NCBI GenBank assembly: GCA_041496385.1 | Contig: JBGQEL010000033.1 | Location: forward strand, 1 to 38,911 | Direction: 5' to 3' | DNA from: Candidatus Methylomirabilia bacterium | GTDB lineage: Bacteria > Methylomirabilota > Methylomirabilia > Rokubacteriales > CSP1-6 | Length of the DNA: 38,911 nt | Shown: piece by piece, positions 9,015 through 18,277 of the stretch | Layout of the letters: the number at the start of each line of letters is the position of its first letter | How positions within the stretch are numbered: position 1 is the first letter of the stretch | The notes under the pieces: model-generated | Seen by the model: only the letters and a program-made list of their open reading frames with translations | Told to the model about the DNA's origin: nothing | Database searches by the model: none | Program-made: the position numbers and the translations under genes

Positions 9015-9985
9015 GACGGGCGCTGCCGGCCGCGATCGTGCTGGCGCTGGTCCTGCTCCCGCTGGCGCTCGTCGAGCCGCGCGTCTACCTCACGCTCACG
9101 ATCGCCGGGCTCGCGATGGGCATGCTGATCTTCCTGGTCGCGTCCGGGCTGACGCTCATCTTCGGGCTGATGGACGTGCTCAACTTCGCCCACGGCGCCC
9201 TCTTCTCGTGGGGCGCCTACGCGGGGTTCAGCGCGATCCTCTTCCTGAACGCGCGGCTCGGCTGGGCCGACGCGCCGTCGGTCGCCCAGAACGCGCTCCT
9301 GCTGCTGGCCGCGATCCTGGCGGCCGTGGTCGTGGCGGTGGTCCTCGGCGTCATCCTCGAGCGCGTCATCATCCGCCCCGTCTACGGCCGGCACATGTTC
9401 CAGATCCTGATCACGCTCGGCGCGACGATCGTGCTCGAGGAGCTCATCCGGATCGCGTGGGGGCCGAACGACCAGGTCATGCCTGTGCCCGCCACCTTCC
9501 AGGGCTCCTGGGACGTGGCCGACGTGATCGTCCTGCGTTTCCCGGTCGTCGCGATCGTCGTCGGCCTCCTCGTCTACGCGGCGATGATGCTGGTGTTACG
9601 CGCGACGCGGGTCGGGCTCATCGTCCGCGCCGGCGTCGAGAACGGCGAGATGATCCAGGCGCTCGGCCACGACATCCACCGCTACTTCACCGGCGTGTTC
9701 GCCGCGGGCGCGGGCCTCGCCGCGCTGGGCGGCCTCATGTGGGCGATCTTCGGCAAGTCGGTGCGGCCGGGGATGGGCGGCGAGCAGCTCATCTTCGCCT
9801 TCATCGTCGTCATCATCGGCGGGCTCGGCAGCGTCACCGGCTCGCTCGCGGGCGCCCTCATCGTCGGCCTCTCCTACAACTACGTCGCCTTCCTCGTGCC
9901 CAAGGCCGCCATCGGCGTGAACATGGCGATCATGGTGCTCATCCTCCTCCTGCGCCCGGCGGGGCTCTTCGGGGAGAGCCGGTGA
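9011..9985 (+). CDS. livH: ABC permease (LivH family)
   Basis: LNFAHGALF, IVVIIGGLGS motifs; ATGA overlap with livF. Confidence 0.9.
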   Translation: MRRALPAAIVLALVLLPLALVEPRVYLTLTIAGLAMGMLIFLVASGLTLIFGLMDVLNFAHGALFSWGAYAGFSAILFLNARLGWADAPSVAQNALLLLAAILAAVVVAVVLGVILERVIIRPVYGRHMFQILITLGATIVLEELIRIAWGPNDQVMPVPATFQGSWDVADVIVLRFPVVAIVVGLLVYAAMMLVLRATRVGLIVRAGVENGEMIQALGHDIHRYFTGVFAAGAGLAALGGLMWAIFGKSVRPGMGGEQLIFAFIVVIIGGLGSVTGSLAGALIVGLSYNYVAFLVPKAAIGVNMAIMVLILLLRPAGLFGESR

Positions 9986-11028
9986 GCGCGCGCGTCACCC
10001 CCGTCGACGCGTGGCGCCGGGCGGAGCGCGCGGCGCGCTGGCGCCGGCCCGCGCCCTGGGTCCGCGCGGCGCTCGTCGCGCTGCTCGCGCTCGCCCCCCT
10101 CGTGCCGTCGTTCCAGGTGCTCGACCTCGCGCTCAAGATCGCGATCTTCGCGACGCTGGTGGCGAGCTACGACGTCCTCATCGGCTACACCGGCATCGTG
10201 TCCTTCGGCCACGCGATGTTCTTCGGCTTCGGCGCGTACGGGGTCGCCGTCGCCGTCGGGACGTCGGGGCGGGCGGGCTACGCGGCGCTCGCCGCGGGCG
10301 TGGGCGCGGCCGTCCTCCTCTCGGCGGCCGTCGCCATCCTGATCGGCGCCTTCTCGCTGCGCGTGAAGGCGATCTTCTTCGCGATGATCACGCTCGCGTT
10401 CGCCGAGTTCGCGCTGATCCTGGCGGTCCAGCTCTCGGGCCTGACGGGCGGCGAGGACGGGATCAGCCCGAAGCTCCCCCCGCTCTTCGCCTCGCGGCGC
10501 GTGACCTACTATCTCGTGGTGGCCGTCGCCGTCGCGCTCTTCCTCGCGATGCGCCGCTTCGTCGAGTCGCCGCTCGGCCGCGTGCTCGAGGCGATCCGGG
10601 ACAACGAGCTGCGCGCCGAGGCGCTCGGCTACAGGACGTTCGTCTACCAGTCCATCGCCTCGGCCTTCGCCAGCGTCATCGCGACGGTGCTCGGCGGCTG
10701 CTACGCGCTCTGGGTCGGCTACGTCAACCCGGAGTCCACCCTGGGCATCCACATCATGCTCGACATCTTGTTGATGGTGATCATCGGCGGGATCGGCACG
10801 CTCTGGGGCGGGATCATCGGCGCGACGGTGCTCCTGACGGCCCAGACGCTCCTGCCGTACCTGCGGGCCGCGGGCGCGGCGGTGTTCCCCGGGTCCGAGC
10901 TGGCGCAGCGGCTCACCGAGCGCTGGCCGCTCTACTTCGGCGTCCTGTTCATCCTCGTCGTGTTCTTCTTCCCGCGCGGGGTCCTCGGCACGCTCCGCGC
11001 GCGCGCCGCGCGCCGCGACGCCCGCTGA
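9982..11028 (+). CDS. livM: ABC permease (LivM family)
   Basis: GYTGIVSFGHAMFFG, TGGEDG, AIRDNE; GTG at 9982 overlaps the livH stop (3' part of the 9208..11028 ORF). Confidence 0.88.
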   Translation: MSARVTPVDAWRRAERAARWRRPAPWVRAALVALLALAPLVPSFQVLDLALKIAIFATLVASYDVLIGYTGIVSFGHAMFFGFGAYGVAVAVGTSGRAGYAALAAGVGAAVLLSAAVAILIGAFSLRVKAIFFAMITLAFAEFALILAVQLSGLTGGEDGISPKLPPLFASRRVTYYLVVAVAVALFLAMRRFVESPLGRVLEAIRDNELRAEALGYRTFVYQSIASAFASVIATVLGGCYALWVGYVNPESTLGIHIMLDILLMVIIGGIGTLWGGIIGATVLLTAQTLLPYLRAAGAAVFPGSELAQRLTERWPLYFGVLFILVVFFFPRGVLGTLRARAARRDAR

Positions 11029-11070
11029 GCCCGTCCCGTCGCGATGCGCGGTGCGTCGCAAGTCCCCGTC

Positions 11071-11117
11071 ATACAAAACAAAAATGCCTTGACACCCGGG
11101 AGCCCGGCGGCTACACT
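11071..11117 (+). promoter_or_regulatory. Sigma70 promoter with A-rich UP-like element
   Basis: TTGACA 11089-11094, 17-nt spacer, TACACT 11112-11117; ATACAAAACAAAAA at 11071-11084 in otherwise very GC-rich DNA. Confidence 0.8.
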
Positions 11118-11194
11118 CGCGCAACTCGGTTTCCTTCCTTCCTCAGCTATGGACGCACACGGCCGCAGACGGCCCGCAACGCCGCGGAGGCGAT

Positions 11195-13135
11195 TTGGAC
11201 GCACACGGAGTCGCTGCGCTCGACCCGGCGCTGGACACCTTCCCGAAGCTCGTCCGGCGCAACGCCGAGCGCATTCCCGGCAAGGTGGCGATCCGCGAGA
11301 AGGACTACGGGATCTGGCAGTCGTACACCTGGCGCGACTACTACGAGCAGGCGCGGCTGATCGCCCTCGGCCTGGCCTCGCTCGGCTTCCGGCGCGGCGA
11401 CAAGCTCGTGATCGTCGGCGACAACCGGCCCCAGCTCTACTGGGCGGTCATGGCCACCCAGGCGCTGGGCGGCGTGCCCGTGCCGGTCTACCAGGACTCC
11501 GTCGAGAAGGAGATGGAGTTCGTGGTGGACCACGCCGAGGCGCGCTTCGCCGTGGTCGAGGACCAGGAGCAGGTGGACAAGCTGCTCCTCGTGATGAACG
11601 CCTGCCCACGCCTCGAGCGCGTGATCTACGACGACGCGCGCGGGATGCGCGCCTACGCAGCACCCAGCCTGATGGGCCTCGCCGAGCTCCAGGAGGCGGG
11701 GAAGAAGTTCGAGGTCGGCCACCCGACGTATCTCGACGAGGAGATGGCCCGGGGCCGGGCCGACGACGTCGCGATCATCTGTTACACGTCGGGCACCACC
11801 GGCATGCCCAAGGGCGCGATGCTCTCCCACCGGAACCTGCTCGTGACCGCGCGCAACGCGGCCGCCTTCGACGGCGTCGGCCCCGACGAGGAGATCCTCT
11901 CGTACCTCCCGATGGCCTGGGTCGGCGACCACGTCTTCTCCTACGCCCAGGCCATCGCCCTCGGCTTCACGATCAACTGCCCGGAGAGCGCCGCGACGGT
12001 CCTGCACGACCTGAAGGAGATCGGCCCGACCTATTTCTTCGCGCCGCCGCGCATCTGGGAGAACATCCTGACGACCGTGATGGTCCGCATCGAGGACTGC
12101 GCGTGGCCCAAGCGGCGGCTCGTCCAGCTCTTCCTCGGGCTCGCGCAGGAGATGGAGCGCGCGCGGCTCGACCGCCGGCCCGTCCCCGCCTGGCGGCGGC
12201 TCCTCTATCCGCTCGGGCGGCTCCTCGTCTACGCGCCGCTCCGCGACAACCTCGGCATGCGGCGCGTCCGTCGCGCGTACACCGCGGGCGAGGCGATCGG
12301 CCCCGAGATCTTCGTCTTCTTCCGGGCGCTCGGCATCAACGTGAAGCAGATCTACGGGATGACCGAGGCGAGCGTGTTCCTGACGATCCAGAAGGACGGC
12401 GACGTCCGGCTCGACACCGCGGGCACGCCCATCCCGGGCGTCGAGCTCCGCATCTCGAGCGAGGGCGAGGTTCTCTACCGGAGCCCGGGCGTGTTCCAGG
12501 GCTACTACAAGAACGACGAGGCGACGCGCCAGACGCGCGAGGACGGCTGGGTGCGCTCGGGGGACGCCGGCTTCCTCGACGCCGACGGCCACCTCAGGAT
12601 CATCGACCGCGCCAAGGACGTCACGCGGCTGGCCGACGGGACGCTCTTCGCGCCCAAGTACCTCGAGAACAAGCTGAAGTTCTCGCCCTTCGTCAAGGAG
12701 GCCGTCTGCATCGGGCAGGACCGCCCGTGGGTGGCGGCCCTGGTCAACATCGACCTCACCGCCGTCGGGAACTGGGCGGAGCGCCGGAACATTGCATATA
12801 CGAGCTACACCGACCTCTCGCAGAAGCCGGAGGTCTACGACCTGATCGCGCGGGAGGTGGCCCGGGTGAACCGGAGCCTCACGGAGGACGCGGTGCTGCG
12901 CGGCGCCCAGATCCGGAAGTTCCTGATCCTGCACAAGGAGCTGGACCCGGACGACGAGGAGATCACGCGGACGCGTAAGGTCCGGCGCGGCCACGTCGCG
13001 CGGAAGTACGCCGCGCTGATCGACGCGCTGTACGGCGACCGCGACCACGTGCAGGTCGAGGCGCAGGTCACCTACGAGGACGGCCGGACGGGCACGATCC
13101 GCGCCGCCGTCTCGATCCGCGAGGTCGCTCCGTGA
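11195..13135 (+). CDS. Long-chain acyl-CoA synthetase (AMP-binding), copy 1
   Basis: YTSGTTGMPKG, YGMTE, SGDAG, IIDRAKD; TTG start with GGAGG at 11186-11190. Confidence 0.9.
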   Translation: MDAHGVAALDPALDTFPKLVRRNAERIPGKVAIREKDYGIWQSYTWRDYYEQARLIALGLASLGFRRGDKLVIVGDNRPQLYWAVMATQALGGVPVPVYQDSVEKEMEFVVDHAEARFAVVEDQEQVDKLLLVMNACPRLERVIYDDARGMRAYAAPSLMGLAELQEAGKKFEVGHPTYLDEEMARGRADDVAIICYTSGTTGMPKGAMLSHRNLLVTARNAAAFDGVGPDEEILSYLPMAWVGDHVFSYAQAIALGFTINCPESAATVLHDLKEIGPTYFFAPPRIWENILTTVMVRIEDCAWPKRRLVQLFLGLAQEMERARLDRRPVPAWRRLLYPLGRLLVYAPLRDNLGMRRVRRAYTAGEAIGPEIFVFFRALGINVKQIYGMTEASVFLTIQKDGDVRLDTAGTPIPGVELRISSEGEVLYRSPGVFQGYYKNDEATRQTREDGWVRSGDAGFLDADGHLRIIDRAKDVTRLADGTLFAPKYLENKLKFSPFVKEAVCIGQDRPWVAALVNIDLTAVGNWAERRNIAYTSYTDLSQKPEVYDLIAREVARVNRSLTEDAVLRGAQIRKFLILHKELDPDDEEITRTRKVRRGHVARKYAALIDALYGDRDHVQVEAQVTYEDGRTGTIRAAVSIREVAP

Positions 13136-13905
13136 GCGACCCGCTCCTCGAGGTGCGGGACATCAGCGTCCGGTTCGGCGCGCTGCTCGCGCTGGACCGC
13201 GTCAGCGTCGAGATCGCGCGCGGCGAGATCCTCGCGATCATCGGCCCCAACGGGGCGGGGAAGACGACGCTCCTCAACGTCATCAGCGGCTTCTACCACC
13301 CCTACGAGGGCCGCATCGTCTTCGAGGGCCGCGACCGCACGCGCCTGGCGCCGCCCGATGTCGCGGCGCTCGGGATCGCCCGCACGTTTCAGAACGTCGC
13401 GCTGTTCAAGGGCATGAGCGTGCTCGACAACATCATGACCGGGCGGCTTCTCAAGATGCGGGGGAGCTTCCTGCTCGAGGCGCTCTACTGGGGGCCGGCC
13501 CGGCGGCAAGAGCTCGCGCACCGCGCGATCGTGGAGCGGATCATCGACTTTCTCGAGATCCAGGCGATCCGCAAGACCCCGGCGGGGCGGCTGCCCTACG
13601 GGCTCCAGAAGCGGGTCGAGCTCGCGCGCGCGCTCGCCGCCGAGCCCACGCTCCTCCTGCTCGACGAGCCGATGGCCGGCATGAACGTCGAGGAGAAGGA
13701 GGACATGTGCCGCTTCGTCCTCGACGTGACCCAGGAATTCGGCACGACCATCGCGCTGATCGAGCACGACATGGGCGTGGTCATGGACATCTCCGACCGC
13801 GTCGTCGTCCTCGACTACGGGCAGAAGATCGCCGACGGCCCGCCCGAGCAGGTCCGCAAGGATCAGGCCGTGCTCGACGCCTACCTCGGGGTCGCGCATG
13901 ACTGA
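13132..13905 (+). CDS. livG: ABC ATP-binding protein (LivG family)
   Basis: GPNGAGKTT, LPYGLQKRVE, LDEPMAGM, IEHDM. Confidence 0.92.
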   Translation: MSDPLLEVRDISVRFGALLALDRVSVEIARGEILAIIGPNGAGKTTLLNVISGFYHPYEGRIVFEGRDRTRLAPPDVAALGIARTFQNVALFKGMSVLDNIMTGRLLKMRGSFLLEALYWGPARRQELAHRAIVERIIDFLEIQAIRKTPAGRLPYGLQKRVELARALAAEPTLLLLDEPMAGMNVEEKEDMCRFVLDVTQEFGTTIALIEHDMGVVMDISDRVVVLDYGQKIADGPPEQVRKDQAVLDAYLGVAHD

Positions 13906-14836
13906 GATCCTCCGCGGCGTCTTCCTGGCGCCCTTCAAGGACATGGCGGGCTCGCCCGCGTTCCTCGCGGAGGTGCTGATCGGGGGCGTCTTCGCCGGCC
14001 TGCTCTACTCGCTGGTCGCGCTCGGCTTCGTGCTGATCTTCAAGGCCTCGGGCGTCTTCAACTTCGCCCAGGGCGTCATGGTCCTCTTCGCGGCGCTCAC
14101 CCTCGTCGGGCTCATGGAGCGGGGTGTGCCCGTGCCCGTGGCGCTCGTGCTGACCGCGCTCGTGATGGTCGCGCTCGCCTTCGCGATCGAGCGCGTCGTG
14201 CTGCGCCCGCTCGTCAACCAGGAGTACATCATCCTGTTCATGGCGACGATCGGGCTCAACTTCTTCCTCGAGGGCTTCGGCGAGATGGTCTGGGGGGCGA
14301 ACGTGAAGAAGCTCGACGTCGGGATCCCCGACCGCTCGTTCATGATGGCGGGCATCCAGGTGAACCAGCTCGAGCTCTTCGCGGCCGTGACGGCGGCCGT
14401 GCTCGTCGCCGTGCTGGCCGTCTTCTTCCACGGCACCCGCATCGGGCGCGCGCTCCGCGCCGTCGCCGACGACCACGAGGCGGCGCTCTCGATCGGCATT
14501 TCCCTGAGGACGATCTGGGTCATCGTGTGGTCGGTCGCTGGCATCGTGGCGCTGGTCGCGGGAATCATGTGGGGCGCCAAGAGTGGCGTCCAGTTCAGCC
14601 TGTCGCTCATCGCGCTCAAGGCGCTGCCCGTCCTCATCCTCGGCGGCTTCACCTCCGTGCCGGGCGCGATCGTCGGCGGGCTCATCGTGGGCGTCGGCGA
14701 GAAGCTGGGCGAGGTCTACTGGGGCCCGCTCGTGGGCGGCGCCATCGAGAACTGGTTCGCCTACGTCGTCGCCCTCGCCTTCCTGCTCTTCCGCCCCCAG
14801 GGCCTGTTCGGCGAAAAAATAATCGAGCGCGTATGA
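13898..14836 (+). CDS. livH: ABC permease (LivH family)
   Basis: FNFAQG, ILGGFTSVPGAIVGG, RPQGLFG. Confidence 0.9.
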   Translation: MTEILRGVFLAPFKDMAGSPAFLAEVLIGGVFAGLLYSLVALGFVLIFKASGVFNFAQGVMVLFAALTLVGLMERGVPVPVALVLTALVMVALAFAIERVVLRPLVNQEYIILFMATIGLNFFLEGFGEMVWGANVKKLDVGIPDRSFMMAGIQVNQLELFAAVTAAVLVAVLAVFFHGTRIGRALRAVADDHEAALSIGISLRTIWVIVWSVAGIVALVAGIMWGAKSGVQFSLSLIALKALPVLILGGFTSVPGAIVGGLIVGVGEKLGEVYWGPLVGGAIENWFAYVVALAFLLFRPQGLFGEKIIERV

Positions 14837-14898
14837 GACGACGCCCAGCGCGTATGACACGACGACACCGGGACCGCGTGACGGGCGAGACCGTGACG

Positions 14899-14988
14899 GG
14901 TGGCGCGGCGGGCGGGGCGCCCCACGGGCCGAGCCGGGGGACCCCACACCGGGCGGGGGTGGCTCGGCCCGTGGGGCTGCCCGCCGCG
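14899..14988. repeat. Palindromic element B (same core as element A)
   Basis: 17-bp perfect stem 14919-14935/14961-14977, outer stem 14904-14913/14979-14988, loop identical to 129-153. Confidence 0.9.
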
Positions 14989-15035
14989 ACAGGACCCGTC
15001 GCGGCCTCGCCCGGCGCCGCGCCCGGAGGCGCCGC

Positions 15036-16112
15036 GTGATCTATCGCGAGGCGGGGCAGTTCAAGACGAGCTACGGGAGCGACCAGGCGATCTTCCCGAT
15101 CGTCCAGGATCGCGTGCTGGTCGTCCTTGCGGTCGTCGCTGCGTTCGTCGTGCCGCCGCTCGTCGCCACGGAATACTGGCTCCAGGCGGTGCTGATCCCG
15201 CTGCTCGTCTACTCGCTCGCCGCGATCGGCCTGAATCTCCTGACCGGATACGCCGGGCAGCTCTCGCTCGGGACCGGTGGCTTCATGGCCGTCGGGGGCT
15301 ACGCGGCGTTCAAGCTGACGACCTCGTTCCCGCAGCTGAGCATCATCCTGGTCTTCCTGCTCTCGGGCGTGATCGCCGCGGGCGTCGGGCTCGTCTTCGG
15401 CATCCCCTCGCTCCGCATCAAGGGCTTCTACCTCGCGGTCGCGACGCTCGCCTCCCAGTTCTTCCTGGTCTGGCTCTTCAACAAGGTGCCGTGGTTCGTG
15501 AACTACGCCTCGTCGGGCACGATCACGGCGCCGCCGCGGACCGTGCTCGGCGTGATGGTCACCGGGCCGCTGGCGACGGCCCAGGCGCGCTACCTCACGG
15601 CCCTGGCGATCGTCGCCGTGTTCGCGCTGGTCGCGAAGAACCTGGTGCGCGGGCGGGTGGGGCGCTCGTGGATGGCGATCCGCGACCGCGACATCGCCGC
15701 CGAGATCATCGGCGTGCGGCCGCTGCGCACCAAGCTGCTCGCGTTCGGCATCAGCTCGTTCTACTGCGGCGTCGCGGGCGCCGAGCTGGTCTTCCTGTAC
15801 CTCGGCAGCGCCGAGACGCTCGCGTTCGACATCGCGCTGTCGTTCCTGGTCCTGTTCATGGTGATCATCGGCGGCCTCGGCAGCGTGCTCGGCTCGTTCC
15901 TCGGCGCCGCCTTCATCGTGCTCGTGCCGATCTTCCTGACCAACGTGCCGCACCTGGTCGGGCTGCCCCTTCCGGTCGCGCTGCAGAAGCAGCTCGAGCT
16001 GATGGTGTTCGGCGGCCTGATCATCTTTTTCCTCATCGTCGAACCGAACGGCCTGGCGCGGCTCTGGCAAATCAGCAAGGAGAAGCTGCGCCTGTGGCCC
16101 TTCCCGCACTAA
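15036..16112 (+). CDS. livM: ABC permease (LivM family)
   Basis: GYAGQLSLG, SLRIKGFYLA, AIRDRD, IIGGLGS, WPFPH end; GTG start with GGAGG SD. Confidence 0.9.
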   Translation: MIYREAGQFKTSYGSDQAIFPIVQDRVLVVLAVVAAFVVPPLVATEYWLQAVLIPLLVYSLAAIGLNLLTGYAGQLSLGTGGFMAVGGYAAFKLTTSFPQLSIILVFLLSGVIAAGVGLVFGIPSLRIKGFYLAVATLASQFFLVWLFNKVPWFVNYASSGTITAPPRTVLGVMVTGPLATAQARYLTALAIVAVFALVAKNLVRGRVGRSWMAIRDRDIAAEIIGVRPLRTKLLAFGISSFYCGVAGAELVFLYLGSAETLAFDIALSFLVLFMVIIGGLGSVLGSFLGAAFIVLVPIFLTNVPHLVGLPLPVALQKQLELMVFGGLIIFFLIVEPNGLARLWQISKEKLRLWPFPH

Positions 16113-16129
16113 CCCAGAGGAGGATACCG

Positions 16130-17458
16130 ATGAAATCACGAACGTTCCCGATCCTGGCCCTGGCCGCGGCGCTGGTCGCCGGGCCGCTGCTGGCCGCCGG
16201 CTGGGCGCAGCCCAAGGAGATGTTCATCCCGCTCCTGGTGTACCGCACCGGCGCGTACGCGCCGAGCGGCATCCCGATCGCCAACGGCTTCGTCGACTAC
16301 TTCACGCTCCTCAACGAGCGCGACGGCGGCGTCAACGGCGTCAAGATCGCGTGGGAGGAGTGCGAGACCCAGTACGACACCAAGCAGGGGGTCGAGTGCT
16401 ACGAGCGCCTGAAGGGCAAGGGCGGCATGGGCGCGGTGGTCGTGAACCCCTACAGCACGGGGATCACCTACCAGCTCATCCCGAAGGCCGCGGTGGACAA
16501 GGTGCCGGTCTTCTCGATGGGCTACGGCATGACGGCCGCGGCCGACGGGCGGTGGTTCCCCTGGGTGTTCAGCTTCCCGACGACCTACTGGAGCCAGGCC
16601 TCCGCGGTCATCCGCTACATCGGGCAGCAGGAGGGCGGGGCCGAGAAGCTGAAGGGCAAGAAGATCGTCCACGTCTTCCACAACAGCCCGTACGGGAAGG
16701 AAGCCAACCCGACGCTCGAGAACCTCTCGCGCCAGCTCGGCTTCGAGCTGACGCTCCTGGCGGTCGACCATCCCGGCCAGGAGCAGAAGTCGACGTGGCT
16801 GCAGATCCGGAGGATCAATCCCGACTGGATCTTCATGTCGGGCTGGGGCGTGATGAACCAGGTCGCGGTGAAGGAAGCGTCGACGATCGGGTTCAAGATG
16901 GACCACTTCATCGGCAACTGGTGGTCGGCGAACGATTCCGACGTGGTTCCGGCGGGCGAGGGCGCGAAGGGCTACAAGGGCGCGACGTTCCACGCGCCCG
17001 GCACCGCCTTCAAGGTCCACGCGGAGGTGGTGAAGTTCGCCTACGACAAGGGCAAGGGCGCGGGCAAGAAGGAGGACATGGGCGCGCCGCTCTACAACCG
17101 CGGCCTCGTCAACGCGATGCTCTCGGCCGAGGCGATCCGCACGGCGATGACGAAGTACGGCAACAAGCCGCTCACCGGTGAGCAGGTGCGCTGGGGCTTC
17201 GAGAACCTCAACCTCACCGAGCAGCGGCTCGACCAGATCGGCATGAAGGGCTTCACGCACCCGATCAAGGTCACCTGCGAGGACCACGAGGGCAACGGCC
17301 CGATCCTCGTCCAGCAGTGGGACGGCAAGAAGTGGAACATCGTGTCCGACTGGATCGCGCCCATGCGCGAGGTCGTCCGCCCGATGATCGAGGCGGCGGC
17401 GATCGAGGAAGGCAAGAAGCTCGGCTACACGCCGCGGGACTGCTCGAAGGAAAAATAG
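16130..17458 (+). CDS. Liv-type ABC substrate-binding protein
   Basis: SD GAGGAGG; signal peptide; YRTGAYAPSG, ECETQY..GVECYE, TCEDHEG (3' part of the 14900..17458 ORF). Confidence 0.9.
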   Translation: MKSRTFPILALAAALVAGPLLAAGWAQPKEMFIPLLVYRTGAYAPSGIPIANGFVDYFTLLNERDGGVNGVKIAWEECETQYDTKQGVECYERLKGKGGMGAVVVNPYSTGITYQLIPKAAVDKVPVFSMGYGMTAAADGRWFPWVFSFPTTYWSQASAVIRYIGQQEGGAEKLKGKKIVHVFHNSPYGKEANPTLENLSRQLGFELTLLAVDHPGQEQKSTWLQIRRINPDWIFMSGWGVMNQVAVKEASTIGFKMDHFIGNWWSANDSDVVPAGEGAKGYKGATFHAPGTAFKVHAEVVKFAYDKGKGAGKKEDMGAPLYNRGLVNAMLSAEAIRTAMTKYGNKPLTGEQVRWGFENLNLTEQRLDQIGMKGFTHPIKVTCEDHEGNGPILVQQWDGKKWNIVSDWIAPMREVVRPMIEAAAIEEGKKLGYTPRDCSKEK

Positions 17459-18258
17459 TGTCGCTGCTGTCGGTCAACAACGTCGAGGTGATCTACGATC
17501 ACGTGATCCTCGTGTTGAAAGGGGTCTCGCTCCGGGTCCCCGAGGGGGGCATCGTCGCCCTCCTCGGGGCCAACGGGGCCGGGAAGTCGACCACGCTCAA
17601 GGCGATCTCCGGCCTGCTCCGGACCGAGCGCGGTGACGTCACCAAGGGCTCGATCGATTTTCTGGGCGCGGCGATCCACCGGCGCGACCCGGCCGAGGTG
17701 GTCCGGCGCGGGATCGTGCAGGTCATGGAGGGGCGGCACGTCTTCGAGCACCTCACGGTCGAGGAGAATCTTCTGACCGGCGCCTACACGCGGCACAACG
17801 GCCACTCGACGCGGGCCGACCTCGAGCTCGTCTACGGCTACTTCCCGCGCCTCCGGGAGCGGCGGGGCTTCAAGGCGGGCTACGTCTCGGGGGGCGAGCA
17901 GCAGATGGTCGCGATCGGGCGCGCGCTCATGGCGCGGCCGAAGCTCATGCTGCTCGACGAGCCGTCGATGGGCCTGGCGCCGATGCTCGTGAAGGAGATC
18001 TTCGAGATCGTGGGGCGCCTGAACCGCGAGGCGGGGGTCGCGGTGCTCCTGGCCGAGCAGAACGCGACGATGGCGCTCCAGATCGCGCAGTACGGCTACG
18101 TCATGGAGAACGGGCGGATCGTGCTCGACGGCGACGCGAAGACGATCAGCGAGAACGAGGACATCAAGGAGTTCTATCTGGGCCTCACAGGCGTGGGCCA
18201 GCGCAAGAGCTACCGCGACGTCAAGCACTACCGGCGCCGGAAGCGATGGCTGTCGTGA
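17458..18258 (+). CDS. livF: ABC ATP-binding protein (LivF family)
   Basis: GANGAGKST, SGGEQQM, LDEPSMGLAP; C-terminal KHYRRRKRWLS; GTG overlaps the SBP stop by 1 nt. Confidence 0.9.
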   Translation: MSLLSVNNVEVIYDHVILVLKGVSLRVPEGGIVALLGANGAGKSTTLKAISGLLRTERGDVTKGSIDFLGAAIHRRDPAEVVRRGIVQVMEGRHVFEHLTVEENLLTGAYTRHNGHSTRADLELVYGYFPRLRERRGFKAGYVSGGEQQMVAIGRALMARPKLMLLDEPSMGLAPMLVKEIFEIVGRLNREAGVAVLLAEQNATMALQIAQYGYVMENGRIVLDGDAKTISENEDIKEFYLGLTGVGQRKSYRDVKHYRRRKRWLS

Positions 18259-18277
18259 AGGCTCGGAGGGGGGCTTC

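Noticed and set aside
14900..16129. Apparent long N-terminal extension of the SBP (852-aa ORF); likewise the extensions of 9208..11028, 27457..29271, 32769..35894, 36643..38001 and 37614..38717
   Set aside because: Extensions overlap real genes in another frame; true starts have SD, signal peptide or stop overlap further downstream.
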